NCBI GenBank assembly: GCA_041483195.1 | Contig: JBGPFC010000001.1 | Span: forward strand, 96,001-160,000 | Length of the DNA stretch: 64,000 nucleotides | Direction: 5' to 3' | From: Candidatus Eiseniibacteriota bacterium | GTDB taxonomy: Bacteria; Eisenbacteria; RBG-16-71-46 | Part shown: positions 38,320 to 48,162 of the stretch, in pieces | How positions within the stretch are numbered: position 1 is the first letter of the stretch | Layout of the letters: each line of letters begins with the position of its first letter | Program-made: the position numbers and the translations under genes | The notes under the pieces: generated by a model | What the model was told of the DNA's origin: nothing | Databases searched by the model: none | What the model saw: only the letters and a program-made list of their open reading frames with translations

Positions 38320-39306
38320 ATGCGTCCCCTTGCTCGCCGCCGTCCGCACCGCGTGGTGGTGGTGGCCTACGATCGGGTCGCCCTGTTCGAGCTGGCGATC
38401 GCGGTCGAGGTGTTCGGGCTGCCGCGTCCCGAGCTCGAGATCCCCTGGTACGCTTTCGAAGTCCGTTCGCTCGACTCGGGACCGCTGCGGGCGACCGGGG
38501 CGCTCCATGTGCGGGCGCGGCACGGCCTCAAGGGGCTGACCGGCGCCGACACCATCATCATCCCGGGCTGGCGTGATCCGGCCGAGACGCCGCCGCCGCG
38601 GCTGCTGGCCGCCCTGCGCCGGGCGCATCGGCGCGGCGCCCGGGTGGTCTCGATCTGTTCGGGGGTGTTCGTGCTCGCCGCGGCGGGCCTGCTCGATGGC
38701 CGGCGCGCGACGACCCACTGGCGATACACCGAGCGGCTCCGCGCGCGTTACCCATCGATCCGGGTGGAACCCGACGTGCTGTACGTTGAAGACGGCAACG
38801 TGTTCACGTCGGCGGGCAGCGCGGCGGGCATCGACCTGTGCCTGCACCTGGTGCGGCTCGATCACGGGGCCGAGATCGCGAACCAGGTCGCGCGCAGGCT
38901 CGTGGTCTCGCCGCATCGCGACGGCGGTCAGGCCCAGTTCGTCTCGCTGCCGGTGCCGGCCCGGCCGGGACGCGGGCTCGCGCGCGCGCTGGATTGGGCG
39001 GTCGCCCACCTCGATCGGCCGCTCGCGGTCGGCGCGCTGGCGCACGCGGCCGCGCTCTCTCCGCGCACCTTCGTGCGGCGCTTCCGCGACGAGATGGGAA
39101 CCACGCCGCATCGCTGGCTGACGCGCCAGCGAGTGCTCGCCGCGCAGCGACGGCTCGAGAGCGCGCGCGAGAGCGTTGACGAGGTGGCGGCCGCGGTCGG
39201 ATTCGGGACCGCGCAGACGCTGAGGCTCCACTTCCGGAGAATCATCCGCGTCTCGCCCACCGCCTACCGGCGGCGTTTCAGCACGCGATCGCGACGATCC
39301 GCCTGA
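38320..39306 (+). CDS. ftrA: GlxA/FtrA family AraC regulator with DJ-1 domain
   Basis: SICSGVFVLAAAGLLDGRRATTHW; TSAGSAAGIDLCLH; RDGGQAQF; AraC HTH; typical pairing with rhodanese. Confidence 0.82.
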   Translation: MRPLARRRPHRVVVVAYDRVALFELAIAVEVFGLPRPELEIPWYAFEVRSLDSGPLRATGALHVRARHGLKGLTGADTIIIPGWRDPAETPPPRLLAALRRAHRRGARVVSICSGVFVLAAAGLLDGRRATTHWRYTERLRARYPSIRVEPDVLYVEDGNVFTSAGSAAGIDLCLHLVRLDHGAEIANQVARRLVVSPHRDGGQAQFVSLPVPARPGRGLARALDWAVAHLDRPLAVGALAHAAALSPRTFVRRFRDEMGTTPHRWLTRQRVLAAQRRLESARESVDEVAAAVGFGTAQTLRLHFRRIIRVSPTAYRRRFSTRSRRSA

Positions 39307-39315
39307 AGGCGGGCG

Positions 39316-39879
39316 TCAGGCGAGGCGCTTCCGCATCGGCACCAATCGCAGGCGCTCGCCGCCCGCGAGCGGATGTTCGAGCGGCGGACCGGACGAGTAT
39401 CCGTGCGCCGAGTAGAATTGCACCCCGGTGAGCGTCGCCATCAGCTCCATCGACTCGAACCCGGCGCTCGCCGCCTCGGCTTCGCATCGCCGCAGGATCA
39501 AGCGCCCGATCCCGCGACGCGCGAAATCGGGGTGGACGAAGAACGCCCGGATGCGCGCGGGGTGCCGGGCCGGGTCGAGCAGTTGCGAGTCGCGGCCGCC
39601 GAGCGAGTCCGCGCCGAACAGCGTCGCGCGCCTGCTCCACCCTCCGCAGCCGACCAGGGGTCCGTCCAGCTCCACGACGAAGTAGGTCCGGTCGGCGATC
39701 AGCTGCGTGTCCACGCCGAAGGCCCCTCGCAGCGCGCCATCGATCTGGCCTGGCGAGTAGTCCCTTATCCCGAGCTCCCGCGCGGAGCGGTCGATCAGCC
39801 GCTCGAGCGCGGGAACGTCCGCGTGGGTCGCGAGGCGCATGCGCAATTGCTCCCGCGCCGTGCCGGCCTCCTCGGTCAC
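39316..39879 (-). CDS. GNAT family N-acetyltransferase
   Basis: IRAFFVHPDFARRGIGR; ATLTG..FY..HGY. Confidence 0.88.
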   Translation of the reverse strand: MTEEAGTAREQLRMRLATHADVPALERLIDRSARELGIRDYSPGQIDGALRGAFGVDTQLIADRTYFVVELDGPLVGCGGWSRRATLFGADSLGGRDSQLLDPARHPARIRAFFVHPDFARRGIGRLILRRCEAEAASAGFESMELMATLTGVQFYSAHGYSSGPPLEHPLAGGERLRLVPMRKRLA

Positions 39880-39890
39880 GATGCCCCTCC

Positions 39891-41645
39891 CTAATCCTCC
39901 GGCAGCTTCCCGATCTTCGCGTTGATTGCATCCCGGAGCTTGAGATCCGATGGCGCGAGCGCGACCTTGAGCGTGTCCGCCCCCTTGACCGCTGCCTCTG
40001 CCGACTCCCGATCGTTCAATGCGACGAAGCCCGCGGCGGCGTTCAGAAAGCTCCCCCAGGCGTCCCTCGGTCGTTTCAGGTGCAGGTAGGCCACGGCGAG
40101 ACGTTCGTTCACCCCCGGTGACGGCGGCGGGCTGAAGCCCTCCTCGTGCGCGATGCGATCCACCTGGACCGCGTGTTCGAGTTGGAACACCGCGGTGTGG
40201 GAATCACCGGGCGGCCCCCAGCGGCCCTGCTGCTCGAAGATGCTCGCCAGGACGAGGTGCATGCGGATGATGTTCAGCCATTGGTGCTCGTGGTACTGGA
40301 CCCCTTTCGACTCGAACAGAATGTCGGTCATGCGTTCGATCAGGTCGCCATGCGGATCGAGTTCGTTCGGATGGGAGTGGAACTGACCGATGACCTTGAG
40401 GGCCGCGTCGGTGTTGCGAGGGTCCAGCTCGAACGCCGCCGTGTACCGGGCCAACGCCGCGAGCGAATCGGGCGCCTGCCGGCCCTGCTCCCGGGCGACG
40501 CCGCGCGCGTACGCGTCGCCGATCGCGACCAGCAGCTCGGCGAATGCCTGCTGGCGCTCGCGCCGCCCCGACCAGTGGGGGAAGTATTCCATGAGCACCC
40601 CAGGCGCGAAGACCGGCTTGAATCGGGCGTGGAACGCGAAGCTCACCTCGCGGACGATGGGGCCGAGATCGGGGAACTGGGTCCCCAGCTCGTTCACCTG
40701 CGGGAGCCCGTCCAGCGTCACGCCGTCGCGCGCGTAGGCGCGAAGCACCGCCGCCAGCAGATCCTGCGCGGCGGCATCGTCTCCCCACTTCGACAGGCAC
40801 CTCATGCCCTGCGCTGCGGCCACGCCGGCCCGTCCCGAATCGACCAGGGCGTTGGTCACCGCGATCGCGTCCCGGATCGGCGGGGGGCTGACCTGAAGCA
40901 GCGTGCGGTAGGTCCCCTCGACCGCGTCGCCGAACCGCGGAGCGCCGAGCGCGGCCGCGCGATACTCGCCCAGCGCCCCGAGCGTATCGCCCGTCGCTTC
41001 GTATGCGCGCGCGAGGTTGTAGCGGTAGAGCGGGGCCTGAGACTGCGGCAGGCTGCTCGACGGCACCCGCTTGAGCGCCTCAACGGCCGCGGCGGGATTG
41101 CCTTGCCGCACGTACATCACGCCCAGGTTGTTGAGCGCGAGCGTGCGACTCCCGGCGTCGCCGGTCTCGATGACCCTGGCATACGTGGCCTTCGCCGAAT
41201 CGAGCCAGAACGCCCGGCTCTTGTCGCTCCACGCGATGGCCTCGCAGGTCTGCGCCTTGCCCAGCAGGGCGCGCGTGCGCTCCGAGCGATCGAGCGAGTC
41301 GGCGGGGCCGCGGAGCACGGCGTTGAAATGGACCAGCGCGGTGTCGTAGTCGCCGCGGCTGCGCGCGGCGGTGGCGTCGATCAGGATCGCCCGCGACGAG
41401 CGCAGCTGCATGAGCGTGCCCGGCGGCTTGTTGACCATCAGGGTCGTCTTCGCCGCGGCGTTCGCATCGACCGCGCCCTGGGGCACGACGGTCGATTTCG
41501 CCGCGGCAGTCGCGGGCGAGTTCGCGACGGTCCTCCCGCGGGTCTTCGCGATGGTCTTCGCGGGAGTCTTCGCGGAATCTGGACCTTGCGCCGCCGCGCC
41601 CACCGCAGCGGTGAGGAGGACGGCGACCAGTACGAGCACTCTCAT
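39891..41645 (-). CDS. secreted TPR-repeat protein
   Basis: Signal peptide MRVLVLVAV..AAA|Q; ALNNLGVMY; YNLARAY. Confidence 0.7.
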   Translation of the reverse strand: MRVLVLVAVLLTAAVGAAAQGPDSAKTPAKTIAKTRGRTVANSPATAAAKSTVVPQGAVDANAAAKTTLMVNKPPGTLMQLRSSRAILIDATAARSRGDYDTALVHFNAVLRGPADSLDRSERTRALLGKAQTCEAIAWSDKSRAFWLDSAKATYARVIETGDAGSRTLALNNLGVMYVRQGNPAAAVEALKRVPSSSLPQSQAPLYRYNLARAYEATGDTLGALGEYRAAALGAPRFGDAVEGTYRTLLQVSPPPIRDAIAVTNALVDSGRAGVAAAQGMRCLSKWGDDAAAQDLLAAVLRAYARDGVTLDGLPQVNELGTQFPDLGPIVREVSFAFHARFKPVFAPGVLMEYFPHWSGRRERQQAFAELLVAIGDAYARGVAREQGRQAPDSLAALARYTAAFELDPRNTDAALKVIGQFHSHPNELDPHGDLIERMTDILFESKGVQYHEHQWLNIIRMHLVLASIFEQQGRWGPPGDSHTAVFQLEHAVQVDRIAHEEGFSPPPSPGVNERLAVAYLHLKRPRDAWGSFLNAAAGFVALNDRESAEAAVKGADTLKVALAPSDLKLRDAINAKIGKLPED

Positions 41646-41653
41646 GGCGGGCC

Positions 41654-42514
41654 TCACGGTCTGGGCGGCGCGACGTTGAAGCTGTCGCTCCCGGGAATGC
41701 TCACGAATTCCTCGAGCATCACCGCGCGCGGCTTGAGCTCGCCGAGCGCCTGCATGTGATCCTTCATCTTCTCGAGGTGATCCTTCGGTCCCCAGCCGTC
41801 GTGGTCCACGACCAGCGCCTCGAACGGATTGGTCGATGGATAGTCGCGGTGGAAGCCCGCGCCGGTCGAATGCAATTGCACGGTGCCGTGCAGTGGCCAG
41901 TCGCAGAAGATGATGAACCGCGACGACCCGAGCTTCGCGTAGCGGTCCCAGCGCAGCGGCAGGAGGGCGCGCTCGTCGGGCGGCTGCGCCCGCGCGATCA
42001 GGACCGCGATCGGCGCGCGGAGCTCGAGCGTCCCCAGCATCACACCCCCGCCATCGCCGTCCAGCCATTCCGCGAGCGCGGTGCCGACCTTGCGCGGCAG
42101 GCGCCTGGGGCTCGGGGTGGTGCCGCTGACGCGCTCCGCCTCGCCCTGCGGCAGCAGCGGAAAGGCGCGCTCCGCATCGAGCCGGGTGCCGTCGGTGGCG
42201 CGGATCGCGACCAGCAGGTCGTAGCTCGCGTCGTGCGCCTCGATGCGGAACTCCAGGCGCGGAAGCCCGTTCGCGGTGTCCGCGACGAAAGGCCAGAAGT
42301 CGAACTTGCGGCCGAGCACCGCGGCGAGCGTGTCCGCGATCACCCGTTCCTGTCCGACCGGCGACATCCTGGCCAGTCCGGCGTCGCTGAATTCGAAGCG
42401 CACGTACACGGGCGCGCTGTCCTGCGCCCGCGCGACGCACGGCGCGAGCGCGAGCATGGCGATGCACGCCAGCCGGCGGAACCTAGTCGTTCGGTGATTC
42501 CGATTCGGGCTCAT
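41654..42514 (-). CDS. secreted hypothetical protein
   Basis: Signal peptide ending ARA|Q; operonic spacing. Confidence 0.6.
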   Translation of the reverse strand: MSPNRNHRTTRFRRLACIAMLALAPCVARAQDSAPVYVRFEFSDAGLARMSPVGQERVIADTLAAVLGRKFDFWPFVADTANGLPRLEFRIEAHDASYDLLVAIRATDGTRLDAERAFPLLPQGEAERVSGTTPSPRRLPRKVGTALAEWLDGDGGGVMLGTLELRAPIAVLIARAQPPDERALLPLRWDRYAKLGSSRFIIFCDWPLHGTVQLHSTGAGFHRDYPSTNPFEALVVDHDGWGPKDHLEKMKDHMQALGELKPRAVMLEEFVSIPGSDSFNVAPPRP

Positions 42515-43493
42515 AAAGTCTCTCCACCTGCGGGAAATCCGTCGCGTTCGTGAGTGGACCGATGATCACGGTCTTATTGACGAGATCGGAGCCGCGCGCC
42601 CCCGCGACGCGGAACGCCACCGTGTCACCCGGCACGAGATCGATGCGGGGGCCGGCCACGCCGCGCGGGTACAACCAGAGCGAGGCGAGCAATCCGCGGC
42701 CGTTGGCCGTGAGCTCGTTGCGCCATTCCTCCTGCAGGCGCATGGGCACCCGCACGTCGGAGTCGCAACCGACCCACACCGAGCCGCCGCGGTAGTCCTC
42801 GAGCCGGAGCTTCCGGCCGTGGACCGTCACCTCGAGGACCAGCGGATTCTCCGCGAGCAATCCGGTCAGCTTGGGGCTCGGCACGAGCAGGAGCACCGGG
42901 CGGATGAACGAGTAGGGAATCTGCAGGCGCATCCGATCGAGCGCATGGAGGGTGAGGATCTGATCGGGCAGTCCCTCCACCTTCACGCGAACGGTGTCGA
43001 CCCCCCACGGACGGGTACGGATCACGTGCCGCGCGCGGGCGTGGGCCTCCACGAACAGCGTGTCGCCGCGCGCCGCGCCGGGAGGCTGGTAGAAGCTCGT
43101 CAGCGACGCGCCGTCCTGGGTCGAATCGATCTCCACGCTCGCCCGGCCGGATGCGAAGAACGCGAGCCACGCCGCGGCCGCGCACACCACGACAGTCGTG
43201 AAGCTTCGATCGAGGATGCCGCGATCGATGAACGCCTGGATCTGGTCGCGCCGCGCCTCGGTCAGGATCCCCGAGACGAACGCGATCCACGAGAACGCGC
43301 CGCCGAGGGCGAGCAGCCCGCCGATCGCGGGGAAATCGTCGGTGTAGGCGAGAATCCACGCGCTGGACGCGACGCCGACCACGACGATCAGCACCAGGTT
43401 CGGGAGGAACGCGTGGTGGATCGGCCGCTGCGAGGAGGGCGGGGCGGCACTCGGCATCTTCGCCGCGGGCGGCGGCTCGTGCTCCGAATCCAA
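42483..43493 (-). CDS. membrane-anchored hypothetical protein
   Basis: 3 N-terminal TM segments then a beta-rich soluble domain. Confidence 0.6.
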   Translation of the reverse strand: MDSEHEPPPAAKMPSAAPPSSQRPIHHAFLPNLVLIVVVGVASSAWILAYTDDFPAIGGLLALGGAFSWIAFVSGILTEARRDQIQAFIDRGILDRSFTTVVVCAAAAWLAFFASGRASVEIDSTQDGASLTSFYQPPGAARGDTLFVEAHARARHVIRTRPWGVDTVRVKVEGLPDQILTLHALDRMRLQIPYSFIRPVLLLVPSPKLTGLLAENPLVLEVTVHGRKLRLEDYRGGSVWVGCDSDVRVPMRLQEEWRNELTANGRGLLASLWLYPRGVAGPRIDLVPGDTVAFRVAGARGSDLVNKTVIIGPLTNATDFPQVERLYEPESESPND

Positions 43494-43569
43494 TCGCTCC
43501 TCCTCGAGGTGGCCGGCGTTCCCCTCGCGCCTCCGCCTCGGCGGATCGGCGGCGCGCGGGCGTCGTCGG

Positions 43570-44505
43570 CTAGAAGAACGTCTTCACGTACTGGAGCTGC
43601 TTGCTGACGAGCAGCTTCGGATGGTGCGCCCCGACCACCGCCAGCTTGATGTCGCCCCACGCGAGGAAGCCGCCCCAGCGCTCGACGCCCTTGAAGGGAT
43701 TCTCGAGGGCGCCGTCGTGTTCGGACGCCATCGCGGCGCCGAGCGACGCGTAAGCGGGACGGAGCAGGCCCGAGACTCCGCCGGTTCCCCATTTCTCGGA
43801 GAAGAAATAGCGGCGCGCTCCCAGCTCGAGCACCGAAACCCCGACCAGCGACTTGTTCCGGATCGTCGCGTACACCGGGCTGTACGCCGCGACCGGCTCC
43901 CACGGGCCCGGGCCACACGCAGCGCTCGGCCCGAAGCCGGGCACGTGCTGGAACACCCCGAGGTAGAGCGCAGTTTCGGCCCAGTTGAGCGGAACCGAGC
44001 CCTTCCCGAACTTTCGCTGGTAGTGCCGCAGGCGATCGATGCTGGAAGCCAGCGCGGCACGGGTCTGGCCGTCCATCAGACGGTCGAGCGGATCGAGCAG
44101 CGCGTCGAGCCGCGTGTCCTGGTGTTCGCTCACGTACGGCTGAACGTAGCTGCCGAAGAACGTCTGCACCACGAACAGGTCCGAGTCGAGCGCCGATGCC
44201 GCGAACCCTTCCCCGACGTTCGACGTGTTCCAGCGCAACACGGTGGAGAGCCCGGGCCGGGGCAGCGGCCGCGTCAGCCGCTGAATCCGCTCGAGCGAGC
44301 GGTCGAGCGTCCCGCGCGAGCGCACGTAAGCCTGATCGTGCACCAGCGAGTCCGCGAACGCCTCCACCTGCCGCAGCGAATCCACCATTCCCGAGAGCTG
44401 TTCCGCGGTGACGCCGACGCTCTGTCCGCAGGGCGATGCGGCCAGCGCGGAGGCGGGCGAGCCGAGCAGGAGCAGAATGGAAGCCGCGCGGATCAGGCGA
44501 AGCAT
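43570..44505 (-). CDS. secreted hypothetical protein
   Basis: Signal peptide MLRLIRAAS..ALA|A; ends with FF. Confidence 0.6.
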   Translation of the reverse strand: MLRLIRAASILLLLGSPASALAASPCGQSVGVTAEQLSGMVDSLRQVEAFADSLVHDQAYVRSRGTLDRSLERIQRLTRPLPRPGLSTVLRWNTSNVGEGFAASALDSDLFVVQTFFGSYVQPYVSEHQDTRLDALLDPLDRLMDGQTRAALASSIDRLRHYQRKFGKGSVPLNWAETALYLGVFQHVPGFGPSAACGPGPWEPVAAYSPVYATIRNKSLVGVSVLELGARRYFFSEKWGTGGVSGLLRPAYASLGAAMASEHDGALENPFKGVERWGGFLAWGDIKLAVVGAHHPKLLVSKQLQYVKTFF

Positions 44506-45485
44506 TGGCGGACCACGTCGGGGTTCTTCGAGACGTACCGCGTCCACGAATGCGGATTCTGGAGCGGGATCTTCGGGCCCGATGCGCCGACCAGCGATGA
44601 CTTGAGGACCCTGGTCAGCTCGTCCGGCGCCTTCGCGAACGGCAGGTCGGTCTGAGGATCGATGATCGGAGTGAATCCCTCGGGCCGCGGCTGGATGTCC
44701 ATGTAGGCCCAGCCCAGTTGCTTGCCCAGCAGGTAACCGCCAACCGGGTCGTACGCGCCCGTCACCGAGATCCAATTGCGAACGCTTCTCACGAACCGCT
44801 GCGACATGTCGGGCTGGCCGGGCATCGAGAGCGGACGCAGCGTCGCCATCTCGTCCGGATCGGGGATGAACGGCCGCACCGGCGCGCTGAGGGCCACCGA
44901 CTGGTAGAGCTGAACCGGCGAGGCGAACATGACCACGTTGGCGAACCGCACCCAGTCGGTCACCGGGCGCAACTTGTAATCCGGCACCTCGGCCGCGGCA
45001 TGGATGGCCTCGTAGGTGTGAATGCACCCGAGGCTGTGGCAGATGATCGTGATTTGCTGATGCCAGCGCGGAATGCCGGAGGCGCGGCCATCGATCACGA
45101 CCTGCTGAATCTGGGCGATCAGATTGTCGCGGATCGCGAGCCGCGCGTCGCGGACCAGGGCGGGCCATAGCACGTCGGCGGCGCCTTCGCTGAACGCATC
45201 GGCGATCCCGCCGGAATTTCCCGAAGCGCCCAGCCGGTCGCTCACCGCCTTCGAGATCGCCTGCACACCGGCCTTGAGCTGCGTCTTCTCGACGAACCAG
45301 TCGTTGATCCCGTCGTAGAAGACCGGGTACACCGCGATGCTGTGCCAGAGCTCGGGTCCCAGCACCTCGGCGAGGCTCTGCAACAGGTCGTCGTAGTCAC
45401 CCGGGTGATAGTCGCCAACGCCGTGCACCAGCATCAGCGCGCGCGGGCTCGACCAGTGCTGGCTCAGGGGCTTGAGAGGGTCCAC
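44493..45485 (-). CDS. alpha/beta-hydrolase-fold protein
   Basis: LVHGVG oxyanion-like motif; CHSLG nucleophile elbow; DPV; PHSW..Y. Confidence 0.65.
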   Translation of the reverse strand: MDPLKPLSQHWSSPRALMLVHGVGDYHPGDYDDLLQSLAEVLGPELWHSIAVYPVFYDGINDWFVEKTQLKAGVQAISKAVSDRLGASGNSGGIADAFSEGAADVLWPALVRDARLAIRDNLIAQIQQVVIDGRASGIPRWHQQITIICHSLGCIHTYEAIHAAAEVPDYKLRPVTDWVRFANVVMFASPVQLYQSVALSAPVRPFIPDPDEMATLRPLSMPGQPDMSQRFVRSVRNWISVTGAYDPVGGYLLGKQLGWAYMDIQPRPEGFTPIIDPQTDLPFAKAPDELTRVLKSSLVGASGPKIPLQNPHSWTRYVSKNPDVVRQCFA

Positions 45486-45557
45486 GGCTTCATCTCCGAT
45501 CGGGCGATTGCGGCGTGGCGCGAGGCGGGGACAGGGTCGGACGATTCGGGACGCGCC

Positions 45558-46538
45558 TCATCCGCCGGGAGGCGCGCCGCCCGCCGCCGGCGCGGCGGCC
45601 GGGCTCTTCGGACGCGCGGCCGGCTGCGGCCCGGAGCTGCGCAGATTGATGAAGCGGACGAGCACGTCGAACCAGAACTGAGCGCCCAGCGAGACGGCGA
45701 ACGCCGTGATCAGGATCCCGATCAGCGCGCTCAGCCACCCGCCGAAGCCGCTCGGCGGCGGAGACCATCCCAGCGGAAGGCCCAGCTGCTCGACGCTCGA
45801 GATCGCGTTGATGACGTGGTGGAGCGCGGCAGAGTCCGCGACCGCGACCACCGCGGTATCCGCCCCACCCGCGCGTCCCGAGTCCGCCTCACCGGCAGCC
45901 CTCCTGTGCACTCCGGCCGGCGGGTGCTCGACGGCGTTCTTCCCGTAGGCGACCAGCGCCTCGCGCATCGCCTGATTCTGCGCGAGCACGTGAGCGAGTC
46001 GGATGGTGTCTGCATTCGCGAGCAGGCTCACCACGAGGGCGAGCACGATCGTGGTGACCTGCGCGCTGCGCTTGTATGCGCCGGAGACGCGGTTCATCGA
46101 CGACTCGAACCACGCCTCGATCTCGTGGTGGAGCTTCTCGACGTCGCCCCCCGCTCGATCCATGAGCAGGGTGAGCGCGCGCCGGGCGCGTGAGCCCTCC
46201 GGCAATCTGGCGATGCTCTCGCCGAGCTGGGCGCCGGAGCGCGTCCAGTCGGCGGCGGCCGGCGCGATCACGTCGAGCAGCGCGACGGCGAACGTGGATG
46301 CGGGGATGTAGGACGGCGTGCGCTTCCCGTCTCCGAGGGACTCCACCAGCGAGTGCGCGAAGAACCGCCTCTGCAGGTCCTCGTCGCCGAGGAGTCGGCC
46401 GATGCCGGCCGCGAGATGGCGGCCGCGCCCGTTCATCAGACCGGCCAGCAGTTCGTTCGCGGCGGAGCAGACGATGCTGAACAGCAGGTAGACGACGACG
46501 AGTCCGATTGCGACATCGAGCAGCCCGAGTGCCGACAT
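45558..46538 (-). CDS. conserved hypothetical membrane protein
   Basis: LDVAIGL..VYLL.S; PSYIP..TFA.AL; WF...M.RVSG.YKR; LGAQFWFD.L. Confidence 0.7.
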   Translation of the reverse strand: MSALGLLDVAIGLVVVYLLFSIVCSAANELLAGLMNGRGRHLAAGIGRLLGDEDLQRRFFAHSLVESLGDGKRTPSYIPASTFAVALLDVIAPAAADWTRSGAQLGESIARLPEGSRARRALTLLMDRAGGDVEKLHHEIEAWFESSMNRVSGAYKRSAQVTTIVLALVVSLLANADTIRLAHVLAQNQAMREALVAYGKNAVEHPPAGVHRRAAGEADSGRAGGADTAVVAVADSAALHHVINAISSVEQLGLPLGWSPPPSGFGGWLSALIGILITAFAVSLGAQFWFDVLVRFINLRSSGPQPAARPKSPAAAPAAGGAPPGG

Positions 46539-46825
46539 ACGTGCGACCCTCCTTCAACGTGCCGGAGCGGACCGGCATCTTCATACGCGAGCCCCGCGCG
46601 TCCGCGCCGGAACGCTATTCGGGCAGCCGGGGAGGTTCAAGATATTTCTTCCGCCATCCTTGACCACACGCGGACCGCGCGCCCGGCGCGCCTGCGTCGC
46701 GATGGCGATGCCACACGGCCTCGCTGCGTTTTAGCCATCCGTCGTGCGCCACACGTGTTGTGGATCGCTCGGATTATCACCCACCCCCCTCACTACTCAT
46801 CAGGTTGGCCGTGCGATGCCCCCAC

Positions 46826-46840
46826 TGGCCCATCCCTTGC
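46826..46840 (+). promoter_or_regulatory. putative sigma54 promoter of the 47-64 kb operon
   Basis: TGGC-CCATCCC-TTGC (GG-N10-GC) in a ~460-bp intergenic region. Confidence 0.55.
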
Positions 46841-47004
46841 GTTGAACTGCCGCGCCATCCCAGCGCAAGGGGGGCAAGACGCTGCTGTTTCCATCGCAAA
46901 CGACGACGAGGCGGAGTGTTAGCCGTGATATCGCGGCGCTCCAGCCCGCGGAGCGAATTGCACGATGCATTGTGCGGTCCGCATCACCCAGAGGATTCAC
47001 GCAC

Positions 47005-47457
47005 GTGCCCTCGAACGGAGCGAATCGCCTGAGGTCGGCCGCCGTGGCCATGACCTTGCTCGCGCTGCCGGGAGTCGTGCAGGGCTGCATCAAGCCCATG
47101 TCGCCGTCGCCCCCCCCGAGCGGCGGACAGACGCTGGTGCTCAGCTTCACCGCGTTCGAGCAGACGGTCGAACCGATCCTCGTGCGCCAGGGATGTGACG
47201 CGGGCGGCGATTGTCATGGCGGCGGAATCCGCGGCGCGTTGCAGCTTTCGCCGGCGGGAGCCAAGGACGCGCGCTACGACTACGACCAGGTCGTGCTCGA
47301 GGTCTCGCCCACCGTTCGCGACGCCAGCCCGATCCTGACCAAGCCGCTCGCGATCGCGGCGGGTGGCGTCGCCCACAGCTTCAAGCCGTTCGCATCGACC
47401 GCCGACAGCGACTACGTGGCGATTCACCAGTGGGTCCTGAGCGGGGTGCTCCAATGA
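47005..47457 (+). CDS. lipoprotein with atypical CX5CH heme-binding-like motif
   Basis: Lipobox VQGC; FEQTVEPIL..GCDAGGDCH; S.ILTKP....H. Confidence 0.6.
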   Translation: MPSNGANRLRSAAVAMTLLALPGVVQGCIKPMSPSPPPSGGQTLVLSFTAFEQTVEPILVRQGCDAGGDCHGGGIRGALQLSPAGAKDARYDYDQVVLEVSPTVRDASPILTKPLAIAAGGVAHSFKPFASTADSDYVAIHQWVLSGVLQ

Positions 47458-48128
47458 GGCCACTCCCCGCGCGCGTGTCGGGATCGCTGGTCTCGGTCGC
47501 GCTGCTGTGCGCGCTGTCCGGTCGCGCGGCCGCCTCGGATGAGGCTGCACCCGCCGCGAGCGACAGCCTCACGCGGCAGGAGATTCCGTCGGACGCCGCG
47601 GTGCGGCGCGAGGGCCTCGAGCCGCTGGTTCCCGAGCTCGCGGGAAGCCCCTACCGCATCGAGCCGGGGCCCCGCGCGTTCGAGCACCGGCTCTCGGTGA
47701 GTCCCGGCTACGGCTTCTTCGGCCGAGACCGCCTCTTCACGCTGCGGGTCGCGTACAACCCGGACGCGTGGCTCGGCTACGAGGCGGCGATCGGACACGA
47801 TCCCGGCCACTCGGCGCACGCGGTGCTCCACACCCTGAGCGCGATCGTGCGCCGGCCCCTGATCGGGCGCGTGCAGCCGTACCTGAACGCCGGCTACGGA
47901 ATGATCGTCGTCTTCCCCGGCCAGGCCGTGAACGCCATCTCGGTCACGAAGAACGCCGTGGCGCTGGGCGGCGGCACCGAGTTTTACATCCGAAGCGACC
48001 TGGCGTTGCGCGCCGATCTGCGCCACACCAGCGTGTTCGGGAAGCAAAGGGACCGCGATGGAATCGTCGTCTACGACTATCTCCAGGGAACGATTGGGCT
48101 CGCGTTTTATCGCTCGATCCGGCCGTGA
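47454..48128 (+). CDS. outer-membrane beta-barrel (OmpA-like, small)
   Basis: Signal peptide; QPYLNAGYG; GGGTEFY; amphipathic strands. Confidence 0.65.
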   Translation: MRPLPARVSGSLVSVALLCALSGRAAASDEAAPAASDSLTRQEIPSDAAVRREGLEPLVPELAGSPYRIEPGPRAFEHRLSVSPGYGFFGRDRLFTLRVAYNPDAWLGYEAAIGHDPGHSAHAVLHTLSAIVRRPLIGRVQPYLNAGYGMIVVFPGQAVNAISVTKNAVALGGGTEFYIRSDLALRADLRHTSVFGKQRDRDGIVVYDYLQGTIGLAFYRSIRP

Positions 48129-48162
48129 CCGGCGGATCCCCGCGGGAGGACTACACACCATC

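Noticed and set aside
46540..47000. Riboswitch or ncRNA in the long intergenic region
   Set aside because: No recognisable aptamer consensus by eye; an Infernal/Rfam scan would be needed
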